Assembly (NCBI RefSeq): GCF_964213995.1
Contig: NC_135822.1
Coordinates: 53,134,001-53,198,000 of the forward strand
DNA: 64,000 nt
Source: Mustelus asterias
Lineage: Eukaryota
Direction: 5' to 3'
Shown here in pieces: positions 39,551-50,720 of the stretch (position 1 is its first letter; each line of letters opens with the position of its first letter). The position numbers and the translations under genes are program-made. The notes below the pieces were generated by a model. It was not told where the DNA came from and made no database searches. It worked only from the letters and a program-made list of their open reading frames with translations.

Positions 39551-41439
39551 CCTTTACTTTGAGCTTGTCTTGTCCTAGGGGACAGTCCTTGTCCAAGTGA
39601 ATCCGTCTACGTTTAGACCATTGAGAAAAAGATGAAGGCCCCGAATAAATGATGCCAATGTGCACTCGGCCCTCCCTTGCTGATGGAAATGATTGGCTGT
39701 AAGTGGAGCCGATAAGAACAGGAGGTTTCTTGGGGACGGTGACAGAGGAAGCGAGTGGGCAAAGCAGTGGCAGCTGCAGTTCAACGTGGACAAATCCTAG
39801 ATCACAACTTTCAGCATAAGGAAGAGAGACGAGTATGTTTTCTAACTGGTGAGAGGCGAAGATCCCCAGGGCTGCAAAGGAATTAGTTGTCCAGCTCCAG
39901 AAACCATTAAAAACACGACCAAAATGGTATAGTGGAAAGCTAGCCTTTACTTAAGCGGAGCTGGAATGTAACATGGAGGAAGCGGTACTACAGTTGTTAG
40001 AAAGCCATGGGTGGACTCCATCTGGAAGATTTTTTTCAGTACTGGGCAGATCACGTCAGGGAGAATTTTTTAGACAGAGGGAGAGTGCAAAGTGGAGGCA
40101 CAAGAATAGCACTGGGCTAAAAGGGTTAAATCATGAGGACAGTTTGCATAAGCATTCTATAAGTGCTGCTACTGATTTGATTGTTCCAGACACTAGGGTG
40201 TTTCACGGTCCCAGCACACTCCCTGCTGCCTGCATTATAAGGAAGAATAGGTCACAAAATACAGTATTTTCCCCATCCGTTTCCCATTCTGTTTCCCGTT
40301 CCTTATTTATTTTTGTTACTTAATTTGCTGTTCTATCTCAATATTTTCTTCTATTGCTTCCCCATTCAGTTTTGCAGCTTCATCTTAAAGGCATCGGTGA
40401 TATTTCCCTCAACTACTCGGTTCCTCAGAGTTCCACATTCTTACTGCTCTTTGGATAAAGACGCTCATTTCGAAATCCCTATTGGATTTTGGAATTAATT
40501 CTCATATTCCCCAGCTCAATCCTCTTAAACCCCTTTCCTAATTACAAAGAAGGATGACTCCCAACTTCATTCTCCACTGGAAACGAACAAGTTCGGTATT
40601 TCCTGATAGTTTTACCAATCAGATCTGTTAACATTCCAGGTAACATTCTTGTTTTCACTTCAGAAATTCTTAATCTAACAAGTTAATTTTATTCTTAGGT
40701 TCTTATAGTCAAAAAGCCAATCAGGAATATTTACAAATTTATCTTCAGTGTTTCTTCATTGCAACTAACCACATCTGGAATGGCAATTATCCACAATGAA
40801 TTGTAATTTAATCATATCTGGATGGCCCCTTCCGTTGTAACAACCTCGACTGGGGCTGAACAGCTTCCTCCTGTTCCGGTGTAACAGTCTCGAGTGGGGT
40901 TGCATGGCCTCTTCCTGTTCCTGTGTAACAACCTCGAGTGGGGCTGAATGACCTCTTTCTGTTTCTTTGTAACAGACTAGAGAGGAGTTGAATGGCCTCC
41001 TGTTCATCTCAAAGATGTTTCAGGCACATGGTCCTAGTGCACCTCCCTGCAGTCCAATTGGGGAAACCCAAAGCGTGAAGAACCACGCTGATGTTACCTG
41101 CCAGAGTGTCTCAAATTCCCAGAGGATAACCTGAAACACTGGTTCTTAGTGGTGAATGTCTGTTTGGAATATTGTAAGTAACAACGTACAACCCAGCGAG
41201 TAACCAGTCCAGTCTTGTGTAAACAATTATTAAAGGGTATTTATTAATGGAAAATTAAAAAATTAAAAATTACACAAGAAAGACTAATGAGCACAATGAC
41301 ACCTAAGTGTCTCAATGAAATTAAATGTATCGCTTTAAGTGAAATTGTCTCTTGTTCTTAAAATATACCCACATCCCCTGAATTCACTGACACACCCCTT
41401 TTCCCAAACAGCATCCAATTTAGTAACTCGGCCCGACAG

Positions 41440-42690
41440 CTCCATGCTGGTAACTTTAAAGACCTGGTAAAATGCAAACTTGTTCATTTTGAAAGAAGTA
41501 ATGAGAAGGCGGATTATTATTAACTGGAGAGAGACTGCAGTGCTGTACCACAAAGGCACTTGGGGACCCGTGTTCATGAAATCCAGATGCAGAAAGTAAT
41601 AGAGAAGAGAAATTGAATGCTAGATTTTACTACAAGGGGGCTCGAGTATACATTTGAAGGGGTATTTCTGCAATTGTACAAGTTACTAGTGAGGCCACAT
41701 TTAGAATACTGTGTATAGTGTTGGCCTCTTTATTTAATGAAAATTATATTAACATTGGAAACAGTATGGTAGAGGTTTACTAGGATGATCCTGGGTACGG
41801 AGGGACAGCCGTACGAAGAAATACCAAACAGGTTGGTGTTGTACACCTTGGAGTTCAGAGGAATGAAAGGAGGTATGGTTGAAGCATAGAAGATTCTCGG
41901 GGTTAGGCAGCGTAAAGCTTTAGGGAATAATTGCTCTCTCGCACACTGGAATGCTGCATACAGTTCTGGTGCCCTTGCCTAAAAATGATACAGTAACATT
42001 GGATATCCACCAGACTATTTCCTGGGATGAACGAGTTGTCCTATCAAGAGAGACGAAAGGGCTTGACAGGGTGGATGGTAAGATTTTTCCACTAGTGGGA
42101 GCGCCTCGAACAAGGTGACGTAGCTACAAGAGAAAAGGCAGGTCATTTAACACTGATGTGCAGAGAAATTTCTTCTCGCAAAGGGTGGTGAATTTCTGGA
42201 ATTGTCTGCCACAAAGGGTGGCGGAGGCTGGATCATTAGAAGTATTTAAAGTCGAGGTGGATAAAAATGTGATAAATCAAGGAATATGGGGAACTGGCAG
42301 AGAAAAGGAGCTGAGGCCATGATTGTACTGAATGGCAGAGTAGGCTTGAAGAGCCTGGTGGCCTATCCTGCTTCTATTTCTTGTGGTGCTGTGTTCTCTT
42401 CGGAGAGGACAGAGAAATATCGGGGCGCTCATTTAGGACAGGCCTGAGGAAGAATTTATCTCAAGCAGGGGCGAATCTTTGGAATTCTTTACTCCAAGAC
42501 GGCGTGGAGACCGAGTCCTAGACATTTTCAAGGCTCAGATCGATAGGATTTCGGTCAGTTGGAGAATCAAGGATTACGGGGATAAGGCAGGAACGCGGAC
42601 TTAGTGAGTGTTAGATCAGCCATGGTCTTATTAAAAGGCGGAAGAGGCTCGACGGGCTGATTAGCCCACCACTGTTCCTATTTCGTATGG
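41440..42690 (+). mobile_element. Old CR1 fragments
   Basis: LVRPHLEYCV and FFSQRVVNFWN remnants. Confidence 0.75.
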
Positions 42691-42832
42691 CTCTAGCAGG
42701 TCTCACCACAATCTTCTCTATTCTATTGGTGGATATAGGAAGCTATTCAGCCTTTCCTGCTGGTTTTAACATCTCAGTTGTGATGTCAGACATTACCGAT
42801 CTTTCTGTGTTCCTCCTGCACTGCGTCTATAA

Positions 42833-43178
42833 TCATAGAATCATAGAAACCCCAGTACAGAAAGAGGCCATTTGGCCCATCGAGTCTGCACCGACCACAG
42901 TCCCACCCAGGCCCTACCCCCATATCCCGGCATATTTACCCACTAATCCCTCTAACCTACACATCTCAGGACACGAAGGGCAATTTTTAGCATGGCCAAT
43001 CAACCTAACCCGCACATCTTTGGACTATGGGAGGAAACCGGAGCACCCGGAGGAAACCCACGCAGACACGAGGACAATATGCAAACTCCACACAGACAGT
43101 GACCCAAGCCGGGAATCGAACCCAGGTCCCTGGAGCTGTGAAGCAGCAGTGCTAACCACTGTGCTACCGTGCCGCCCG
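42833..43178 (-). mobile_element. HE1/V-SINE
   Basis: Full head, V-domain and tail. Confidence 0.9.
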
Positions 43179-43584
43179 ATAATCTAAGATCAATTACTCT
43201 TCATTTCACAGTAAAGTTCAACTTGCAAAATCGACACCAATTGAGAAAATGCTGGAAAATCTCAGCAGGTCTGGCAGCATCTGTAAGGAGAGAAAAGACC
43301 TGACGTTTCGAGTCCAAATGGCCCCTTGTCAAAACTCAAGGCTCAAAGCAGAGGCCGACATAGATGCCTCAGCTTTGTCAAAGCTCAAAGCTTTTAGCTT
43401 TGACAAAGGGTGATTTCCACTCGAAACTCAGCTCTTTTCTCTCCTTACAGATGCTGCCAGACCTGCTGAGATTGTCCAGCATTTTCTCTTTTGGTTTCAG
43501 ATTCCAGCATCCGCAGCAATTTGCTTATTGTCGACACCGATAGAACCAGTTTTCTCATTCACAGCTGCTTGCTGCTGTCTTTGG

Positions 43585-44148
43585 GATTTTTGTTAAACTG
43601 CTGCATATCTCTCAGTCACTATGAAGACTCCAGGCGCAGTAATACATGGTCGAGTGATTCAACCGCAGGCTGGAGGAATTCAGGTTGAACTCATCGGCAT
43701 TCGGTCCCTTCGCTGTGAAACCTTTCACCGGTCCATTTGGACTGACATGGTCTTTCGTGTGGGAGAAAAAACAACAGCTGCAGCTCCCTTCCGGGTATTG
43801 TCTGTCCCAGAATGCTAAGAGTACTGCTGTTCCCCTTCACAATGCATTTCAGTTCCACTCTCTCCCCAGGAAATTTGGAAACCGCAGGGGGAGTCTGGTG
43901 CATAGTCTGAGACTTCACATCTGAGGAAGAGACAGAGAGCAGAAATCAGGAAATGGGACACTCCGTATGATAGAATGAGAGGAAAGAGAAAAAGGGAAGA
44001 CAATTAAGTGAAATAGAAAGAAAGAAGGACAGAAAGAAAGCAAGCAAGAGGGTGGTCAGCAGTGGAAGGAAAGTAAGATGTTGAATAAAAACTGTTCCGC
44101 AAGTTCCTCACGGTGAAACATGATGAACAGAGGCAGCGACTGATACAT
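43585..44148 (-). pseudogene. TRBV: TRBV30-like pseudogene
   Basis: Intact leader 44112-44148; V exon 43624-43920 frameshifted; heptamer CATAGTG (CAC lost) + 23 + ACAAAAATC. Confidence 0.9.
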
Positions 44149-44149
44149 C

Positions 44150-44350
44150 TTCCACTTCAACTTTCCTTTTAAACAGTCTTTCTCACTGGAACAAAACAAT
44201 TGCAATACTCCGCCTCCTCACTGTTTGATTGACAGCCCGACCCCTTCCGCAGCCGGAAGGCCCCGCCCTTTTTCTGCATCAGCCCCGCCCCTCACTCCGT
44301 GATTGGTTTATCTGGAACTAGCAGCAACAGGAAGTTACAAAGACACATTG
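44150..44350 (-). promoter_or_regulatory. TRBV promoter region (GC boxes, CCAAT, Ets-like GGAAG); inverted copy at ~49143-49350
   Basis: CCCCGCCC x2, ATTGG, CAGGAAGT; ATTGG/CCAAT plus GGAAG also occur upstream of the other V leaders. Confidence 0.6.
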
Positions 44351-45479
44351 AGGGGTTGGTGGAGGAATCACAGCTCAGGTCCACAGAACAATCCTGGGGT
44401 TTAGAGGGGAAATTCAGAAGACAGATTGCAAAAACCTGGATTACTTTTCCCTCAATGTAGAATATTGAGGGTGGTTTAATTAAACTGTTCAAAAGGGGTT
44501 TTGATAGACTAAGTGGGAGACCAACAATTTGCAATAATCCGAAAATTCGAGTTAGCAATGAGAGGTGAAGTTGTTGAGACAAATAGGATTGGTTTGAGCG
44601 GGTAAATAGTCGCGGATGTCTCCCTTCAGAGGGAATAGAGAACAAGGTATCCATTCAAAAAAAGAGTCACCCACTTAAGAGGGAGGTGAAGAGGAAGTTA
44701 TTTGAAGATGGTGATCCTTTGGGCTTTTCACGTTCAGATCAGTGGGGCTGGGTCATGGAATCAAGGGAAGCCTGGTATAGATATTGAATAATGGCAAAGT
44801 ACCGGATGCTGGATTCTGAAACAAAAGCTAAAAATGCTGAAAAAATTCAGCAGGTCTGACAGCATCTGTTGGAGAGAGAATAGAGTCAACGTTTCGAGTT
44901 GGGCTCCGACGAATGGTCATCCCGACACGAAACACAGATTTTGAATTATGAGGTGAGGGGGGCGGGGGGATTGGTAATGGTTTGGGATAGGTGCAGGCAG
45001 GAATACGAGGGAAAGGGCACAATGAGATCAGCAATGATCCTATTGAACAACGGCCCCGGCTCGAGGGGCGGAGTGGCCTACTCCTGTTACATAGCAGTTT
45101 ATATCTTCCCCGGATATACCAGACTCAGACTTGGCTTCCATTAATTTAGAAACTTGATCAAATCAAAGTGTTTGAGATTAATACTGTAGTCACAAACTCT
45201 CATTTCTGGGATTATCCTTGTTAATCGACTCCAGTGTTTTTAAGAACATAAGAACTAGGAGCAGGAGTAGGCCATCTGGCCTTTCGAGCCTGCTCCGCCA
45301 TTCAATAAGATCATGGCTGATCTTTTTGTGGACTCAGGTCCACTTACCCGCCCGCTTTATCCTCTCGGTTTTACGTTTATCGAGTACCCTCTTCTTGTAA
45401 TAATTTCTGCAAGGATGTGGAAAATGAGGCATCTCCTTTTATTTTGTTTCCATTAACACCCGTTTCCTGCTGCCTTTGG

Positions 45480-45539
45480 GGTTTTTGCTGAACTGCTCCA
45501 TTTCTCTGAGTCACTGGCGTGTAGACTGTGAGTTCACAA
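45480..45539 (-). pseudogene. TRBV: TRBV relic with nearly the whole V exon deleted
   Basis: Acceptor + VNSQSTRQ fused to GCCAGTG + 23 + GCAAAAACC. Confidence 0.85.
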
Positions 45540-46019
45540 CTGAGGAAGAGGTAGGAAGAGGAAGGGGTGAGGAAATTGGGAAATTCCAGATAGTGGGGAG
45601 AGAAAAAGTGTTGAGGGAGCAGCAGTGAGACGAACAATAAAAATGGATCATCAGACTTCGGAACAGAAGCACCGTTCAGTTGAACGTGGCCTCTTAATAA
45701 TTTCACGGACAGAGCGCAGAGGAGAACTGCTCTTCTCAAATACTGAGGAAAGCACGAAGGAGCAGCGAGGTTTTAACATCCCCCACCCTCACCCCACTGC
45801 CGCCCATCAGAATTCAGGTGGTTGATAGTGAGGGAAGACTGGCTGCAGCTTCTCCACCGCATCCACCACCCCCTCCACCCACCTCCCCCGCCCCCCCACC
45901 CCGCGCCCCCCACACCGCCCACCCAAACGGGCTATTCAGCTTGAAAAGAATCAATAAACCTGATGTCTGGGAGATGGAGTCAGGAAATATCAGCAACGGG
46001 AGGTTGTCAATATCAAGGG

Positions 46020-46432
46020 TTTGTGTACTCAGTATGTATACTCAATCAAGATGAGGTACATGCTTTTGGTGTGGGTACTCTGTGTGTATATGCAGTGAAG
46101 GCGAGGATGTGTGCACTTAGTGTGTGTACTCAGTCAAGGTGAGGGTGTGTGCGAATTGTGTGTACTCGGTTGTATACACTGTGAAGGTGAGGGTGTGTAC
46201 TCGGTGTGTACATGGTGAAGGTGACGGTCTGTGTACTCCGTATGCATGCACAGTGAAGGTAAAGGTGTGTACTCTTTGTATACATGAAGATGAGGGTGTG
46301 TGTAATCTGTATGCATACACAGAGAAGGTGAGGGTGTGTGCTCTGTGTATACACAGTGAAGGTGAGGATGTACGTATTTAGTCAAGGTGAGAACGCATAC
46401 TTCCTATGGATACACACAGAAGGTGAGGGTGC
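46020..46432 (+). repeat. Minisatellite (GTGTGTACTC..CAGTGAAGGTGAGG units)
   Basis: About 10 diverged units of ~36-40 bp. Confidence 0.85.
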
Positions 46433-47167
46433 TGGAGATTACAACAGTGCAAATAAATATCTAAATATTTCTTAAATGTTACCAGAGTTTCTGACTCCAC
46501 CACCGTTTCAGGCAGTGAGTTCCAGACTTCCACCGCCCTTTGGGTGAAAAAGTTTATCTTCAACTGACGGATCGTGATCTGCACTCAGAGCCCTGGAAAC
46601 CTCACAGAGAGAGAGAGAGAGCGAGATAGAAAGAGAGATAGAGAGGGAGACACACACACATACACACACACACACAGAAAGACAGACAGAATGACCACAT
46701 CTCCTCTTCTCACCATCATAAAACCAGAGGAATAAAACTGAAAACGGATGGTGAGTAAAGGCTCGATTTTGGCTGCAAGTACTCTGTCAGCAGTGTGTGT
46801 GAAAGAGAGAGAGAGAGCAGAGCAGAGATTGTTAAACGTGTGAATGTGGAGTGGATGGATGGCATTTAATCTAATTGAAGTGGCTTCAGTTCACTGTTTG
46901 AAGAATTGTTTAATGCTGGGGACACCTAGTTGAACTGGGAGTCAGTCCACCGCTTGGTGGTAAACGCATGCAGCATTCCCTCTGGGTTCACAATACGGCC
47001 TGCACTGGAATAAAATAGCAACTTGGTTTGGACACGTCCTCGTCTCATGCAATCGATCAGAATTAATAAGATTATTGATAATTTCCCTTTTTTCGGAATT
47101 TGCTATTCATTAATGCATGCCTGATAGAGCCCAAGTGCATAACTAAATGGGTCATATCACTAACAAA

Positions 47168-47500
47168 TGGCACGGTAGCACAGTGGTTAGCACTGCTGCT
47201 TCACAGCTCCAGGGTCCTGGGTTCGATTCCCTGCTCGGGTCACTGTCTGTGTGGAGTTTGCACATTCTCCTCGTGTCTGCGTGGGTTTCCTCCGGGTGCT
47301 CCGGTTTCCTCCCACAGTCCAAAGATGTGCGGGTTAGGTTGATTGGCCAGGTTAAAAAAAATTGCCCCTTAGAGTCCTGAGATGCGTATGTTAGCGGGAT
47401 TAGTGGGTAAATATGTGGGGTAGGGCCTGGGTGGGATTGTGGTCGGTGCAGACTCGATGGGCCGAATGGCCTCCTTCTGCACTGTAGGGTTTCTATGATT
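47168..47500 (+). mobile_element. HE1/V-SINE
   Basis: Head, V-domain and tail. Confidence 0.9.
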
Positions 47501-47789
47501 TCAAACAGAGAATGCTGGAAAAGCTTGGCAGCCCCGGTAGCAAGAGAAACAGAGCTAATATTGCAAACCCATTTCGTTCTTTAGCAGAACTGAACGGGAA
47601 ACCCGTTAGATATTATACTGCAGCAGGAAGAGATTGCAACAAAAGTGTAGCAACGTTAGGTAGAAGAGGTGGATGACCGGGAGGCGGGGAGGGAGGGTGG
47701 GGGAGGGGTTGAAGTGATTTTGTATTGAGACAAAAATGTTTGGGATATACACAAGGAGGTCAGATGGAGTTGAAAGGTGAGAGTGTAAA

Positions 47790-48432
47790 CTGCACCAAAA
47801 TCAATGGATCGAAGTACAAATGGTCGATAGCGTCAAGATTTTAGGTGTCCAGTTCATCAACAAGTTGTCTGGACCCCTCCATGCCGAGGCTTTAGTTAAG
47901 AAAGCCCAACAACGCCTCCACTTTCTCGGAAGGCTAAGGAAATTTGGTATGTCCGGTATAATTCTCACCAACTTTTAAAGGTGCACCATAGGCAGCTATC
48001 TTTCCGGTTGTATCATACTTTGGTATGGCTCCTGCTCTGTCCAAGATCACAAGAAACTATTCAGGGTTGTTAACAAAACCCAGTGCATCACTCAAACCAG
48101 CCTCCCACCCATTGACTCCGTCTATACTTCCCGCTGCCTCGGAAAAGCAGCCTGCATAATTAAGGACCCCACACAACCTATCCGTTCTCTCTTCTCCCTT
48201 CTTCCGTCGGAAAAAAATACAAAGCGCTGAGGCACATACCACCTGACTCAAGAACAGCTTCTTCCTTGCTGCCACTAGACTTTTGAATAAACCTATCTCA
48301 CATGAAGTTGATCTTTCTCTACACCCTAGCTATGACTTTAACACGACATTCATCACTCTCTCTATTCCTACGCTGTGTACGGTATACTTTGTCCGTATAG
48401 CACGCAAGAAACAATACTTTTCACCGTATACT
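47790..48432 (+). mobile_element. Rex1/Babar-like LINE 3' fragment
   Basis: LVKKAQQRLHFLGRLRKFGM..LTNF..RLKNSF. Confidence 0.75.
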
Positions 48433-49351
48433 GTTAAGTCCTGAGGGCTGGAACGTACTCAATCAGAAGATGGGGTTCTGCTGCTTCAAGTTATTTTGGG
48501 CTTCTCTGGAACATTTCAGTTGTCAAAGGATGGCCATGTGGGCATGAGAGCAAGATGCGGAGTTAAAATGGCAAGCAAAAGGAAGGTTCGGGCCATGTTG
48601 TGGTCTGCGAAACGGTGCTCCGCAAAAGTGGTCACCCAGTCTGTGTTCCGTCTCCCCTGTAGAGAGACGGCAAATTAAGGCAAATGACATGTTGCTCTAC
48701 GTGAATGTAAGGTGTTTGGAGCCATGATGGTGAGGGGGGAGGAGGTAAAGGGTCAGATGTTGCACCTTCGCAATTGCATGGGAATGTGATATTGGGGGAG
48801 TTTGAGAAGTTGGGGTAATGGAGGAGTGGACTAGAATGTCACTGAGGGAGCTGTCCCTGCAATGTTGTTGGGAGTGGTGGGGGGGGGGGGGGGGCATTGA
48901 TGGGAAGATGTGTTTCATGGTGGCATCTCTAAGGAGATAAAACAGAGTTTGTTCGAATCTGCATTCAAAGGATCATTCTCCACCATTTCCACCGACTCCA
49001 GCAAGATGCCTGCTAAGTTTTTCCAGTATTCTCTTTTTGTTTCAGATTCCAGCATCCGCAGTATTTTGCTTATCTTGGGCATATCACTGTTGTCACTTCC
49101 TGTTGTTAGGTAATAGTTGAATAGCTTTATCTGCACTGACACGTCAATGTGTTTTGCAACTTCCTGTTGCTTCCAGCTTCACATAAACCAATCAGGGAGC
49201 GAGGGGCGGGGCTGATACAGGAAATAGGCGGGTCTGTCTGTCTGTGGGCGGGGCCGGGCTGTCAATCAAACAGTGAGGAGGAGGAGCATTGCAATTTAAG
49301 TGTTTTCTTCACAGTCAGAGAGAATGTTAAAAAGGGAAGCTGAAGGGGAAG

Positions 49352-50072
49352 ATGCATCTGTTGCTGGCTTTGTTCATCATGTTTCACCGGAAGGAACTTT
49401 CCCAACCACAATTCTTATTTAACATCTAACGTTCCCTTCCACTTGCTGACCTTCCTCTTGCATTCTTTCCTTCTGTTCTTCATTCTGTTTCATTTTATTT
49501 CCCTCCCTTTTCTCTCCCTTTCATTTCTACGTTCGCGGCCAGGTGTCCCTGGAGAGGGAGCATGCGGTGTCCACGGGCGAGGTTGACGCTTTCCGCGCCC
49601 GCTGGGCACCGCAGGGGTTGGGGTGCATTATTGACCCTAATAATCACATTTTAATTTGATGTTTTTAAGTTTCCTTTGTATTTTGATTTCTGTTCGGGCT
49701 GTTCCCCCTCCTTTTGGGGGAGCTGCCCCTTTTACTTTGTCCTGATTTAATCTGAGTTTGTTTACTTGGTTTGGTTTGACCTAAAAAAAAAGAGGTCTCC
49801 CTTTCATTTCTTCCCACCACTCAGATTGTACTAATTTCCTCATCTCCCCTCCCTGTCCCTTCCGCGGATGTGAAGTCTCAGACTATCCACCACACTCCCG
49901 CCTCGCTCTCCCAATTTCCAGGGAAGAGAGTGGTACTGAAATGTACTGTGGAGGGAACAAGTAATCCTGATAGGTTCTGGTACAGACAATGCCAGGGAAG
50001 GAGCTGAAGCTGATGTTTTCCTCCCCAACTATACAAGGTGTGGATCCAAAGGGGACGGTGGACAGTTCCAGT
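49352..50072 (+). pseudogene. TRBV: Inverted TRBV30-like pseudogene, 3'-truncated
   Basis: Leader 49352-49388 MHLLLALFIMFH with donor GG; acceptor CGG. V from 49868 reads KSQTIHHTP..LKCTVEGTSNPDRFWYRQ, frameshifts, and is cut by CR1; no RSS. Confidence 0.9.
49529..49795 (+). mobile_element. Tx1-clade LINE 3' end in the V intron
   Basis: VSLEREHAVSTGEVDAFRARWAPQGLGC; A-tail; 16 bp TSD TCTCCCTTTCATTTCT (49513-28/49796-811). Confidence 0.75.
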
Positions 50073-50720
50073 AAGTGTCTGGAACAAGCTGCCAGAGGTA
50101 GTAGTAGAGGCAGGTACAATTTTGTCTTTTAAAAAGCATTTAGATAGTTTAAATGGGTACGATGGGTTTAGAGGGATATGGGCCAAATGCGGGCAATTGG
50201 GAATAGCTTAGGGGTTTTAAAAAAGAAAGGGCAGCATGGACAAGTTGGGCTGAAGGGCCTGTTTCCATGCTGTAAACCTCCATGACTCTATAACTCATGT
50301 TTGACGAATTTGTTGAAATTCTTTCAGGATATAGCTAATCGAGTTGACCAAGGACAACTGGTGGATGTGGTTGATTTAGACTTTCAGAAGGCTTTCGACA
50401 AGGTCTCACATAGCAGACTACTATTTAGTTTAAAACTCATGGCATTAAAGCCAGTGTTTTGAGATGAATGGAACACTGCTTAACATATAGGAAGAAAAGA
50501 GTTGACAGAAACGGATATTTGTGTAATTGGCAGGCAGTGACTCGGGGGTTGCACAGGGATCTGTGTTAGAACCCCAATTATTCACATTATATATTAAGGA
50601 TTGGGAAGAGGGGAAAAAAATATTTGTTTCCAAATTTGCAGATGATATAAAGTTGGTTGAAAGTCTGAACTGTGACGAGGATTCACAGATGCTTCAGCGT
50701 GATTTGGACAGGCTGATAAG

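Noticed and set aside
46020-46432. CACAGTG heptamers in the minisatellite as RSS/D segments
   Set aside because: No nonamer at 12 or 23 spacing.
46690-46756. ATG|GTGAGT after a (GA)n(CA)n tract as the first coding exon of the C1r/s-like gene
   Set aside because: A phase-0 donor is out of frame with both candidate acceptors (57028, 57064). It could still be a UTR exon, but nothing supports that.
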